A stretch of 64,000 nucleotides of DNA. It comes from Scyliorhinus canicula. Taxonomy: Eukaryota. Positions within the stretch are counted from its first letter, which is position 1. Each line of letters starts with the position of its first letter. The stretch spans positions 15,601,215-15,665,214 of the forward strand of contig NC_052152.1 in NCBI RefSeq assembly GCF_902713615.1, given 5' to 3'. Position numbers and translations under genes: made by a program. Below are positions 35,470 through 47,458 of the stretch, one piece after another. The notes beneath the pieces were generated by a model that did no database searches, had not been told where the DNA came from, and saw only the letters and a program-made list of their open reading frames with translations.

Positions 35470-37287
35470 GAGAATTCAATCATTTTTATTACCTCTTAGT
35501 GACACATTATACTGTATAAATAGTCTATTCTTGTTAAATGTTCTTTGTTCCTTTTTAAAAAAAGCGATAACTTAACGATTATATTATACAAAGCTTTACA
35601 AAAATAAATAAGTTTATTTGAAATCTGTACAAAATGCTAAGTCCTTCACAGAAGGAATTTAAATACTCTTTACTTATAAAGTACACCTCGTTAACCTTGG
35701 TGCTAGTTTAATATTTACATTCTTCATGTAACTGCGGATTTCAAATCTGTAGCTTTGTATTAATAGCAGCCTTTGTATAGCATAGTTTAAGCTGTTTTTT
35801 TTAAATAAAATAAATCTTGCCCTTCATCACTGAGGTAGGTGGGAATAGGATTGGTCAGAAGTTGAAACAATGAACAGTACCAACCTGTGTGTCAGAACCT
35901 CAGGGTATTATTTGATAATGCCTTGTAGCAGGGATATTATAACCAGAAATACACCCCCCACCACTCTTTCCAAATCAAATTCACCCTTTTTTCAAAAAAC
36001 TGGCTCCTATTGAGGACAGGATTTCCCATCACTTCTCTCTGTGCCTATTCATCATTCCCTGTCTAGGTTCACACTTCTCAGCAGGCATCTAACAGTGGGA
36101 ACATCACAATGAGCCTAGTCCTGTCCTTGTATCCATATAATCTGCAACACAAATCACTGTACAGCGATTATGAGTGGGAATTCTGGATAATTTCCTCTAT
36201 ACCCTGCCCAGCCTAAGATGTAAGGACAAAGATAGAGCCCTAACAGGTGTTCCAGTTGAGATCAGCTAACTCATTTCAGAATGGGAATGAAATTAATATT
36301 TGCTTTTATCTCTTTAAAGCTCTCATTCCAAGGTTCTGTACCCACCTCATATTTTTTCAGTGTTCTAGCAGGTGCCAACTTTGTTACATGTAAAGACTGA
36401 AGGCTTTACAGCTGGCAATGTCATGGATAGTCAGCATATGCAAATTAAACTGAACTTGGGCTTATGATGATCCTGCAAAACCAGGCGGGAATCTAGCTCA
36501 CACAGTGAATTGGCAGGTTTGGGCCACAGTGTCTCTGACCCACATTCTCTGGGAGCATGATATTGCACACTCCTCTGATTTGAAAGAAAATGGGGCACAG
36601 GATGAAGGGCCTAATCAATCAGCGGCAAAGCTGGAAGCTTCAGCTTCCAATCTGAGGCACAGCAATTGACTGATGCTTTTATCCTCTTAGTACCAATAGC
36701 AATGTTAGATATTATTCTGCAGGGGAAACAATAATTATAACACCCAGTGGTGTAAGAATTCAATTCACAATAACAATTTGTGAACTAGCAGAATATTTTA
36801 GAAATAATCTAAAACAGAATGTTCCTTGCAGTTTTCAGGGATTGCTTCCTCTCAGAGAATAACAGAATATCTCATTGTAGAGAGACAGTATTCTTTCACG
36901 TGTAACAAAATGTGGTTACATTTAAGCTTGCCAGCAGCACTCATGAATTAGGGTCTTACATGCTTACCAAAGAATGAGAAAAACTTCTGATTTCACTGTC
37001 AACAGTGAGTGTTCCCGGATTATTGACTTGAGAGGTAAACAATTGGGGAACATTTGAGTTTCCCAATTTCCCCTCCCACTCCCCCTCATCCCCACCTTAC
37101 TCTTCCTTCCTCAAACTTTATCCACCTATTGAACTATTGTGACTAATTCAAACATTCATGGTCAAAGGGAAAATTGGGTCAGATAACTATCATGTTTCAC
37201 ATGACATGGATTGGGAAACCCTTACTTTCAGTGCATTTAGTTTGAATAAAAAACATATCTGAATTGTCTTTCATATATGTTGGTTCC
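35470..37287 (-). other. ADAMTS 3'UTR (~1.7-1.8 kb) with polyadenylation signals and AU-rich elements
   Basis: AATAAA on the minus strand at 35613-35618 and 35485-35490; TTATTTATT at 35603-35611; further ATTTA pentamers near 35802-35815; TGTAAATA at 35712-35719. Confidence 0.65.
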
Positions 37288-38026
37288 TTAACTACAAGCC
37301 TGTATAGTGCAAAGGCCAATCAAATGTTTTGGTTTTTTTGACATGTTGCAGCTCTCCTGTGGCAGCACCTGGCCATCACGCATGACACATTTCAAAGACC
37401 TTTTCCTAAAGCCCTTCCCACATGTCTTGGAGCAGGCTGACCATTCTCCCAACAACCACCGTGGGCAGGGGATATCTGCACACAATCGGAGGTCATCAGG
37501 CTTCAGTTCTTTCACGCAATCAGTACCTGGCCTCCCATAGATGTCCGTACATTCAACTGCCCTGCGCTGCCACCCCAGGCCGCATGACTTGGAGCACTCT
37601 CCCCATTCGCCAATAACCCACTCAGAGTTTACTGTTTCCTTGATGGCATTAAAAGACTCCTTTTTTGGATTGTGTTTAGTCAACTGATGCGGCAGGTTCT
37701 TCTTCACAAAGAATGTAAATTTGATTCTTGGGCGCAATGAGTCACCCACTGTGAGTACCTCAACAATTAGCGGCTCCTTAAGGGCACCAAAGCTACGAAT
37801 TCTTTCTAGCGACACCGATGAGCCAGTATATCTCAAGATTGTGCCTTGATATGAAATGTCCTGTTCTAGTGTTGACAAAGTGTACTCTCCATTGAGCAGG
37901 TATGTGCCATCAACTTTCTTCAATGCCAGATAGTTTCCATCATGTCTTATTCCACGGAGGCTGCGTTGTTTTATGTCAATGTTGGTTGCCCCAGCTGGAA
38001 TGGTAACAACCTCTTGGTATCCAGGT
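37288..38026 (-). CDS. ADAMTS1: ADAMTS1-type exon 9 (spacer + two C-terminal TSP1 repeats, stop)
   Basis: Acceptor ttcgaTAG|A; (K)[21 protein letters not shown]...[18 protein letters not shown]...KKESFNAI...[14 protein letters not shown]...[16 protein letters not shown]...CTIQACS*. 739 nt. Confidence 0.95.
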
Positions 38027-38925
38027 CTATCGAAACAGATTGAAAGAAAAAGTAATCAAATTAATCTGTTGGCTTTCAATTTCAATGTAATGTCAACTGA
38101 AACATGAGCCCTTATCAGTCAATAATGTTCCCAATCTGTTTTGTGTCTGCCACCAAACACACAAATTTTCTATCTTCCTTCATTTTTAGAAACCTACATT
38201 GTACAAAATGTATCTTTCATAGGTATTAGTGGTCCTCTGGGACTCTCTTCATGTAGCAGTTTTTCACCTGCAAATACTGGGAAGTTATTCAATCACACAA
38301 ATATCTCAAAGTGGAATCCAGTCTTGGACTATTGATACACACACACATGCAGCAGCCGTCACTGAATGACAGTCAGCAGCAAGAAGTCTGGCTATTTATT
38401 TTTCCTTTTCCTTTCCAGTGATACCAGTGTCACTTCTTCAGCTAAAATGAACCCTGGTGTATGAGATTGGGCAGGTTTTCATAATAATTCACTCACTAAA
38501 CCATTATTTCCTCTGCCTCTTGCCTGGGTGAGGTTCTCATTCCCTGAATTGGCAGCTGAGGGAGTCTGAATATCAGACAAGGAAGGCCTAGATTTAGAGT
38601 TTGCTACTTGAGTTTAGTGGTCTGCCATCTGTTAAAGAAGGCAGTCCAACCATAGCACCAGCAGGCAATCTCAAAAGGCGCTGTTCTGCTAGAGATACTG
38701 AAATATCTGAGGAACAGTTTTAATGCTCTATATTCAGAACTAGTGTGGTATCTGGAATACATTTCTGAAATGATGAAAGACACTAATTTAGCTTTTTGTT
38801 TAAAGTGGCATTCAAATTGTTACTAAACCAAACAGTTTAAACATTAGTACTTATGATACTGTAAATCTATTTGGATGTTTGACATTTAACCAATAATGGT
38901 AGCATATCAAGGAGCTCCTACTTAC

Positions 38926-39101
38926 TTTGAACGGTCAAGAGAACCGGCAATCTTTTTGCAAGTTGAGCCTTTGCCTCTGCACACACCACACTTATCGAAC
39001 TTCTTGTTTGAACCAATGATTCTATCACAACCAGCTTTGACACATTGTCCTTGAACACAGACAGAAGTGGTGTCTGGGCTACATGGAGTGCCATCAGCAA
39101 C
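38926..39101 (-). CDS. ADAMTS1: ADAMTS1-type exon 8 (cysteine-rich domain; correct frame is missing from the ORF track)
   Basis: Hand translation: acceptor ttcaCAG|GTT; [58 protein letters not shown]; donor AA|GTAAGT. 176 nt, phase 0-2. Confidence 0.93.
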
Positions 39102-39643
39102 CTGTGAATAAAAGGTTTATACTTATTACTAATGCTGGGAGAATAAAAGTATGCCAGTGGTAAAACAATCACTTCATAGGAATGGAGTGCTAAACAGGAA
39201 CTGGACTTCAGTTTATATTAGAATAATTTTGATAAGATATTAATGTCCTTGGGCATCAGTAATTTTTCCTTTTTCCTGTTTCTTACCAATATAAATTTCA
39301 TAACATTTTTGATCCATTTTTAAGACTGGATAATTGATTAATAGCTGTAACAGAACCAAGTCATGGGTGGGTGTCCTGCCCCTGTGCCTCTTAGCTAGCA
39401 ATTTTTAGCCCACTAAAATTAATTAACAGAATTTGCAGGCTGGCAAATACAAAGGTGGAAAAGTTCTGGAAGGTATGTTTGTAATACTCTTCATTGAAAA
39501 ATTTCTTGAACTTTTGTCTGTTGTAATAATGACAATGCTTGCCCCCACCCTCCAAAAACATCAGATCTCAAACCACGATCCCAAAGGACTTTTTGCTTCC
39601 TTTCCTCAAGCTAACTAAATTGTTAAGCAATTGGAAAACATAC

Positions 39644-39822
39644 CTTGGGTTGGAGCACAAAGTAGTAGCCTGTGCCTTTTGCTCGACAAATAAGTTTGCA
39701 TCGATCTTTCGGAGAGACACCAGCGTATTTTGGAATCCATTCGACTGCAGGCATTCCTCCAAAGGCAGTAGACTTTGAGACATCATTGTGCATCTCACAC
39801 TGCTCTTCACGGAATGTTTTAC
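39644..39822 (-). CDS. ADAMTS1: ADAMTS1-type exon 7 (cysteine-rich domain)
   Basis: Acceptor ttattaCAG|GT; [13 protein letters not shown]...[34 protein letters not shown]; donor AAG|GTATGT. 179 nt, phase 1-0. Confidence 0.95.
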
Positions 39823-40009
39823 CTGTAATAAAAACCATCAAACTGAAGATCAAATACATGAAACTAATTCACGTAGCATATCAAAGTCAAAACGATAATT
39901 TGAAAGAAGTATTCAATTTCTCAAGTCCTAAATTCCTATAAGTAAGAAAAAGGGAAAATCCCTCTCAGTTGGAATTGCTGACTATAATAAATTATTGTAT
40001 AGATCTTAC

Positions 40010-40196
40010 CATTGTTAGCTGGGCAATCCATGGTGTTACATGATTTGTATTGCACCCGCTTTCCTTCGCAGTATTTTCCACCATTCTGGGGAACTGGACT
40101 GTCACAGTGCCTAAATGAGTACTGTATTCCTCCGCCACATGTCCTTGAACATTCACCCCAGGGTCCCCATGATCCCCAGCTCCCATGCACTGGAGT
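40010..40196 (-). CDS. ADAMTS1: ADAMTS1-type exon 6 (central thrombospondin type-1 repeat)
   Basis: Acceptor tttttaCAG|ACT; [23 protein letters not shown]...[13 protein letters not shown]; donor G|GTAAGA. 187 nt, phase 0-1. Confidence 0.95.
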
Positions 40197-40679
40197 CTGT
40201 AAAAATTGGATAAATAGGTTAGAGAAAAAAGATTCAGTAACAACACAGTTAATTATACTATGTTTCTGTCCAAGCAGTCACAGCAATTATTTTCCTCCCA
40301 TTATTTATTTCCCCTTTTTAATTTGTCCTCTCTCTTGTCCTGAGGGGGAATCATCAGGCATGATCAGCTCTCTCAGAATTTATCAGATCAAAGATAACCT
40401 AATCTCACTTAAGATGAGACTATTAGCAAGCACACATGCTAAGCAAATAACAGCGAGAAAGCTTGAGGGTGAACTTTCACATATTAGCATCTGGACCATA
40501 TTTAAACCTATGTCTTAAAGGTGAAAATGGTGTCTGCTAACCCCCTTCACTACAGGGTATTTTAGCAGGCAATATCACAGAAGATGGGCACTAATTAATT
40601 GGAAGGGTAATTGAAGCAATTAAGAATAAGTATGTAATTTAGGAGTAACCAAAGGAAAATAAGTGTATGCAATGCTTAC

Positions 40680-40966
40680 ATTATAATTCTTCATGCTTGT
40701 CTGGTTAACGCACTTCCCCTCCATGCACCATTTTCCTTCCCCGCAACTTGTACCATCGGCCCAAGGGAAGTGCTTGGTTTGGCAGATGAGCATACCGCCA
40801 GACATTCCAGTGCACCACAGTAATGAGCAGGTGTTGCCTGCATCAGGACAAAGCCTTGACTCTTCCCCGAAGGTGAACTGGCACTGGCGGTCTGCATTGT
40901 AGGTGCTCCCTGGCAGTTCACCAGGAAGCTGTAGTGGCTTCTGGGGCTTGTCCAACAGACATTCAC
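40680..40966 (-). CDS. ADAMTS1: ADAMTS1-type exon 5 (disintegrin-like domain)
   Basis: Acceptor tttCAG|GT; [20 protein letters not shown]...[20 protein letters not shown]...KNYN; donor AAT|GTAAGC. 287 nt, phase 1-0. Confidence 0.95.
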
Positions 40967-41388
40967 CTGAAACAGAGGTGTAAACTGATCGTTAGCTTTT
41001 GATATCAACAGCACAATATAAAACAGCACATTGCTTGTTTGCAGATTTCGAAAAAAAAATAGGCATTCACAAGAAAATAAGAAAATCTCCCAATATTAGA
41101 TTTAAATTGATAAAAAATATTAATTTATCTGATTATAGATACTAGCAGATTGGTCTAGAAATAGAAGAAAAAATTGTGCTAGTAATTGGTAAAGTGCAAT
41201 ACAGTTTGTAACTAGTCCATTATTAAAACTAGTGACTGTTTTTTCATTCAAAATGCAATATATTATTAAATACATTGTTCATAATAGTTACTATGTATTG
41301 AATCAAATTAGTTGCTAAGCTTGTACATTAAAAAAAATGAAGTTGACCAGAAACATAAAATTTATTTGGGGCAGGGTGTGGTTCTTAC

Positions 41389-41556
41389 CATGTCCATTAT
41401 CCAGGAAGGAAGTGACCATGTAAGCACTGCAGGCAGACCAAGGCTGATTCCTATCCAAGTTGGAGAGTGTCGACGCCATCATGTGGGAATTCCCAGTTAG
41501 ACCAACGGTATGAAGACACTGTCGTGCGTCATCGTGGGGCATGTTAAACACGTGGC
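41389..41556 (-). CDS. ADAMTS1: ADAMTS1-type exon 4 (completes zinc-binding [12 protein letters not shown] and Met-turn)
   Basis: Acceptor tttCTAG|GC; [14 protein letters not shown]...SHMMASTL...[17 protein letters not shown]; donor G|GTAAGA. 168 nt, phase 1-1. Confidence 0.95.
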
Positions 41557-42024
41557 CTAGAAAGAGAACAAAAAAATCACTCAAGTCTCAGATGATGTAA
41601 ACATTTGGAGTTAGTTGTACTGGTGCTGGACTATTCCACGTGTCCTCATGCACCTGTACTAATGTCAGATATGTACCTCAGACAATACTGGACTGGACTG
41701 TACTCCCCAACTCTGTACTGTATAATTTGTCATAAACTAATAACATGTCTATATTTCTCTCAGATTAATAAATCAAAATTTTACCATGTGGTTCCTTAAA
41801 GTTCAAAACTTACTGCTGCATAGATAATATTTAACAACCAATTGATTAAAAGCTGCTTGAATGCATCATTCCCCACTATACCCAGATAGTACAGGTAATG
41901 AGTGAAGCAAAATGAACACTAACTGCAGCAGGAACCCACCTCATCTGTAGCAAGTGAATGTGCAGTAAGTTACAAAATGATTCCTATGAAGATTTATAGC
42001 AGGGCAATGGATGGGGACACTTAC

Positions 42025-42157
42025 CCAACTCATGAGCTGCAGTGAATGAGGCTTGTAACCCATCGTCCTCAATGACTGAGCAACTCCTGCTGGGATCACA
42101 AATTGTCCCAACATCAGCCATCCCGAGAGTATCACAAGTGTGGGCTCCACACAGATC
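42025..42157 (-). CDS. ADAMTS1: ADAMTS1-type exon 3
   Basis: Acceptor ttattAAG|GAT; [44 protein letters not shown]; donor G|GTAAGT. 133 nt, phase 0-1. Confidence 0.95.
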
Positions 42158-42359
42158 CTTAATAAGAATAAACAAGGGTGGCATTTAGCAAAATCATAGG
42201 GGAAAAAAGTTAACTATAAATGTTGGCATCCTTCTTCACCAAGAACTTTTTAAAATAACGTGATTCTCAAAAGATGCTTTGTGAAGGGCGCTCTGCATGC
42301 ACATTAAAAGATTGGACACGCATACTAATAGACTAGTTTGGACAGGAGCCTTGGCTTAC

Positions 42360-42788
42360 CGTTCTGGTGAAGAGTATAGCAGTGTCGTAGTGCTCTGGAT
42401 TACGGTCACTGAGAGCGTTGTGCTGCCTCTGCCAAGTACAGAAGTTCCTCAAGGTCAGAGCAGCATTAGGAGACACGTCGGGTCCCTTCTCCTTCTCGTA
42501 GACAACCAGGATCTTCACCACCACCAAGCTGATAGAATTCTTGATGCTCGGATGTTTATACAATTTGGCAGCCACCGACATTAAAGTCAGGAGATAATGC
42601 TTGAGCCCGCTGCCGTGAAACTCTGCCATGGATTGGTCTGCTACCAGCAATGTCTCCACGTAGCGAGGGAATGAGACAAACCTCTTGGTTCTTTGATGCC
42701 CGGAGGGTTGTGATGGAGTGGCCTCTGATGCAGATTGTTGAAGGGTCTGAGTGCTCTCAGTTGCCTGGGCTGCATCTTGATCACTAAC
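42360..42788 (-). CDS. ADAMTS1: ADAMTS1-type exon 2 (furin site, start of catalytic domain)
   Basis: Acceptor ctgtcTAG|GTT; VSDQDAA...[38 protein letters not shown]...[11 protein letters not shown]; donor ACG|GTAAGC. 429 nt, phase 0-0. Confidence 0.93.
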
Positions 42789-43162
42789 CTAGACAGACAT
42801 TTAAAAATTGAAATAGAACGTTTATTTACAATCAGTCAGACCCTCAAGCCTCCATATCTAACAAAAGGCAGCTAAAAGGAGGTGCCAGCCTATCAGAGCC
42901 CCTTGCTTGCAGAGCTTCCTTCAGTTGCTGGCTTTGTCTGACAGGATCCAGAACTAAAATAAATTAGAGATCCAGCACCTCGCTCTGCTGCCAACATTTC
43001 CTTTAAATTCAAGGAATAACCTCACAAAACCATATTAAAAAGAGACGGGATTGACTTCAAAATGCATAAAAATGACATTTGTTGGGAAATTAACAATGGA
43101 ACAGAAACTGAAGACAGTCTAAGAAGAAGCAGAAAGTGAATGAAGCCCGGGGTGGTGCTTAC

Positions 43163-43705
43163 CCCACACTTGGTAGCGCCAGGGCTGCCGGAAGATCTCA
43201 GTCTTGTCCTTCGGATGAGGTGCGGCTGGATGTCCCCCGATGGCATCGTCACATTGCTGGGCTGAATGTGATACTCGGCTCCTCCGATCAGGAAAGCGCC
43301 TCGGATTCCACGGCAGAGGCTGACCGCTGCCAAGGTGCCGGGCAGGGAGTTGACGGTGCCGGCGTAGAAGCAGTGGCGAAGGTCGGGGTCCTCCTCTTCC
43401 TTGGCCCCCTGGCTGCCTCTGCCCGCCTTGGGCTGCCCCAGCCGCTGCAAGGTGACAGCCGGGGCCAGGAAGCTGTGATCGGGCTCCAGCTCCAACAGGA
43501 ACAGCTGCCCGAAGGCTTCGAGCCGGTAGAAGACCTTCTCCCCCTGCGGGAACATGTCGGCTCCTTCCTTCACCTCCTGCCGCTTCTCATCCAGCCGCAC
43601 CGGGTAGAGCAGACTCTCCTCGGGGCGGCCGCCCGCAGCCTGCCCGGCGGACAAGACGCTCAAAAGCGGCAGCACAAGCAGCCTGAGCACCGCCCTCATT
43701 CCCAT
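43163..43705 (-). CDS. ADAMTS1: ADAMTS1-type metalloprotease, coding exon 1 (signal peptide + prodomain)
   Basis: MGMRAVLRLLVLPLLSVLSAG hydrophobic leader; prodomain motifs YRLEAFG..LELEPD..FLAP, HCFYAGTVN, AAVSLC.GIRGAF; ends TKCG then donor GGG|GTAAGC (phase 0). 543 nt. Confidence 0.9.
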
Positions 43706-44038
43706 GCTGCAAAGTTTGATCGAGTACGAGTCCTCCAGCGGCCGGGAATCGATGGCAAAATCTTCCTGACACTTGTTTAAACTTTAATGCACTAAAAGTT
43801 TCCCACTGCAACCTTTTACCCCCGCCCCAGCGATTCAATATAAAATAAATAGTTTCAAAGTCGGAGGGAATCACAGTTCCAACCTCTGCCACCTTGTTGC
43901 AGTGAAAGTTCTTTCTCTCTGGTGGAGTTACTGCAGGATTGTGACTGTGTTGCCTTTCCAAAGTGCTGCTCTTTTATTTTCCCTCCCCCTTCCTCACGCT
44001 TCTTTGGTTTGTGGCGTACTCGGCACTGCTAGCGCTCC

Positions 44039-44045
44039 TTTTATA
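44039..44045 (-). promoter_or_regulatory. TATA box of the ADAMTS gene
   Basis: TATAAAA (context TGTATAAAAGG) ~335 nt upstream of the ATG in a GC/CpG-rich segment; no upstream ATG between it and the start codon; TCF/LEF-type CTTTGAT at 44107-44113. Confidence 0.7.
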
Positions 44046-46520
44046 CAGCCCTCCAGCCCTGCACACTGGCCGGCTGCCCCCTCACCACGGCCCCTTCCTT
44101 TCCCTCATCAAAGACACTACAGCCTATCCCAGCTCGGTGCGTAAGACAGAGTTAGATCAGCCAACTGGCCCTGAGCCCACTCTCCATCAGGCCAGAAAGA
44201 GGGCTCCTGATCCACCCGGGGGCTGGGCAAGTTCACTGAATAAGCAATTCTCAATCTTCTGCACCTTTTTTTCTAGGTAGCCCCGATGCATTTTATGTAA
44301 CCTGTTCTGCGAATCACAAAAGTATCACAGATACAATTGTCACATTCACGGTAAACCTTACAGCTCCCTCATTCACTGAAACTTCTTCCAATCCAATGCT
44401 CTCTCCGTCCCCTAGTGAAATTCTGGGTAACCCAACAGGAGGAAACGCTTTCTTTGTCCCTTCATATCGCTTAGATAGATTTCAGTATCAGTCTCATTCC
44501 AGTAAGGGGATCATTAATCTCAAATTTTATCTGAATTATCCCACAACATTTCTTTGTCTTTCCCATCCAGCCGAACGGGGCATTGAATGTGTAAAAAAAA
44601 AACTTTAATTTGAATCAAAAAGAAAGCTCTTCACAAACTTAAATAAAAAGACAAGTTCAGTTCCCAGCTTTGGGCGGAGCCCAACTTTTTAAGGTGGACG
44701 GGACCAGTAATTAGGCAAAAATAAACCAAATCGTTATTTCGAAAGTTGAAATAGCGCATTTTAGTTTCTCGTCATGAAAAGCAAAATTAAGTGAATAAAG
44801 AAGATTTGTTTGGGGAAAAGGACGAAACGCAACTTTTCAGGGCCCAAATATTATAGACCAACTACGAAGATGCCGCTTAAACAGGCAGGTAAAGGTTCCC
44901 TGAAGCAGATGCTGTCCAATTATTTTGTTATTTTTCTTAACCATCAAGGGGATCTTTTCCCAAGCACATATGCTCCTGGCTGGAGCGACATGCACTGTTA
45001 TAGCAGCGGCTCCTTCCCTCTCCACCTTAATAGAAAGCTCCGGCCAGCCTGAATCTATGTACAGTGTATCGCTGAGCTCAACAACAGCCGCAATTAAATA
45101 TCCAACTCAAACCAGGGCAATAGACAGGCTTTGTGTTCCTGAACACTAATGGATCTCTCTCCCTTACTAAAATGTTATTAACCCCTTATAATGAAAATTA
45201 AATTAAAAAGGCATTTTATTCTGCAGTGTAAATTCTATATGATTAAGAAACAATTAATAATGACCACACATTATTGAGATGGACATGCTGAAACCCACAC
45301 GGTTTTCCTGGCGTAGCTCCATCACTTTGAATCTAAATTTTACAAACAAGTGTGTGTGTTTTGGTGGGATTCTCGGAATTGATGCCCCCTGCTTCTTCCA
45401 GCCGCTTACGAGTGAGTTTCACAGCTTTGTGCTATTTCTTCAGCACAGATGTTGCTTGGAACCAGTGACTTGCTCTCGCGCTGTTTAACTATCCAGTCGT
45501 ACCGAAGGGCCGAAGGGCCTTTGTGTGGTGTAAAACTCTGTGAACCTGTAAAATTCTGCCGTAACAGATAAGTGAAATGATGGAAATTAAATAAAAACCT
45601 AAACGTGCAAGCTCACGTTTTCGCGCATTCAATATGTATTTCTATATCTGTAATGTTACTTGAAAGAAAATAGTAAAGAACATCTTGTCTGCTATTTTTC
45701 TCAGTACTCCAAGTGTGAATTGTCAAGAGAACTCTCAAAATGGAACAAAACCAACTGCAGGTGGCGACTCTTAACCACACATTTATCCCAATCTGTACCA
45801 TATTCCATCAACCTGTCATTTTTCACTCAACCTGTGCCGATTAGATGACGTGCAGTTGAACAGTTATAGATCAATAAACAGAAACCCAAACTATTTGATG
45901 TCTCCAGTGTAAGCAAGCAGGTTAAATCTGGCAACACCTTTCATCTATCATTCGAAAGCTATCACTTAGTGCCTATATTTACCTAATATAGAGATGTGAA
46001 CTGGAGGCTGAAACAGGGAAACAGGCAGGGCCTTGACGATGCTTAATTTACAATCTTCAGAGCATTTCGGCATTTTACTTCCCGGGGCTTACAAAAAAAA
46101 CCCATTGTATTTCGTTTAGCTCTGCAGCAGATCGTTTGTTGAACATTACTTGGGATCCCGATGTCACTCAAAGGCAGCGGGATGAGTTGGTGTGGGAAAG
46201 GGAAACATGTAACCGTGATGCAGTAAATGGGGTTTTTCTGTGACTTGGCGTTGAGGCACATTGTTGGGGCAGAGTAGAGGCAACTTGATTCTGCATCTAC
46301 CCATTTTCTCCAGCTCACATATAGACTTTCGAGTTGGAAAATGTTCCATTAATGGCCAGTGCTGGCACTGACAACCTCAAAATTTAACTCCAAATGTTGT
46401 TTCTGATCTACATAAAACGTCAGTGCACTTCAAAAGGAATTTGTTAGATCACTTTCAGACACTTCTGATTTTCCAATAGAAAAAAAATCCTTCGCGACCT
46501 AAGTCAATGTACGTGACTTA

Positions 46521-46534
46521 CCACCAGATGGCGC
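46521..46534 (+). promoter_or_regulatory. CTCF consensus site
   Basis: CCACCAGATGGCGC in unique sequence matches the vertebrate CTCF core. Confidence 0.6.
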
Positions 46535-46651
46535 CAATTGTACACTTTTTACACGTGAACCCAGCCGACGAACTCCTCCAGCATTTCCTATGGATTATCT
46601 GCTGCTAATTCTTTGTCGATACTTTTACCAGTGAACCGCATACAATACCTT

Positions 46652-46831
46652 AATGAAATGAAAATCGCTTATTATCACAAGTAGGCTTCAATTGAGGTTA
46701 CTGTGAAAAGCCCCTAGTCGCCACATTCCAGCGCCTGATCGGGGAGGCTGGTGCAGGAATTGAACTGTGTTGCTAGGCTGCTTTGATCTGCTTTAAAAGC
46801 CAGCTCTTTAGCCCTGTGCTAAACCAGCCCC
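46652..46831 (-). mobile_element. SINE type C
   Basis: Full-length reverse copy. Confidence 0.88.
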
Positions 46832-46974
46832 ACAGCAATGTGGACTATGAAGGGCCTCATCCTGCTTCCATTTACTATGCATACACAAGCTCTTGAGCCC
46901 GTTGGTGCTCACTTAGAGGACAAAAGTCCTCATAATGCAACATTTTATTTAAGCATTTGCGGGTTTATTAAACC

Positions 46975-47230
46975 ATCACGTCCGGAATTAGATTCCAACC
47001 TGTAACTCATTCTCAGGTATCCGTTATTCTATGTATGAACCTTCTGAACCACTCAATTAGAATCCAGAATTGAACTCACCCTTGGGCATCCATTGTTATA
47101 TTAATGAACCATCTGAAATCTTTGATTATATTCCAGCCTGTATGGTATGTATTGTTACATATTACATTTGAACGCTTCGATTTCAATTTGGCTTGTAACT
47201 CACTCCTGGGGTATGTGTCTATTATTCAAC
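46975..47230. repeat. Degenerate tandem repeat, ~60-65 bp unit, ~4 copies
   Basis: Recurrent gatt(a/c)gattccagcctgtaactcact..ggtat..gttatt..atgaacc..ctgaa. Confidence 0.55.
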
Positions 47231-47245
47231 ATATCTGTTGAATAA

Positions 47246-47417
47246 GGGGCTGTTTAGCACACAGCTAAATCGCTGGCTTTGAAAGCAGACCAAGCAGGCC
47301 AGCAGCACTGTTCAATTCCCGTAACAGCCTCCCTGAACAGGTGCTGGAATGTGGCGACTAGGGGCTTTTCACAGTAACTTCATTTGAAGCCTACTCGTGA
47401 CAATAAGCAATTTTCAT
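47246..47417 (+). mobile_element. SINE type C
   Basis: Full-length forward copy. Confidence 0.88.
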
Positions 47418-47444
47418 ATCTGCAGTTAACCGGATGTTTAATGT

Positions 47445-47458
47445 CCACCAGGTGGCAG
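47445..47458 (+). promoter_or_regulatory. CTCF consensus site
   Basis: (TGT)CCACCAGGTGGCAG(TG) matches the CTCF core; same orientation as the 46521 site. Confidence 0.6.

Noticed and set aside
38615-38636. Intronic CTCF-like sequence (TTAACAGATGGCAGA on the minus strand)
   Set aside because: Lacks the conserved CC at the start of the core; weak match.
43136-43780. 214 aa antisense ORF over ADAMTS exon 1
   Set aside because: Expected shadow ORF of a GC-rich coding exon; no recognisable domain.
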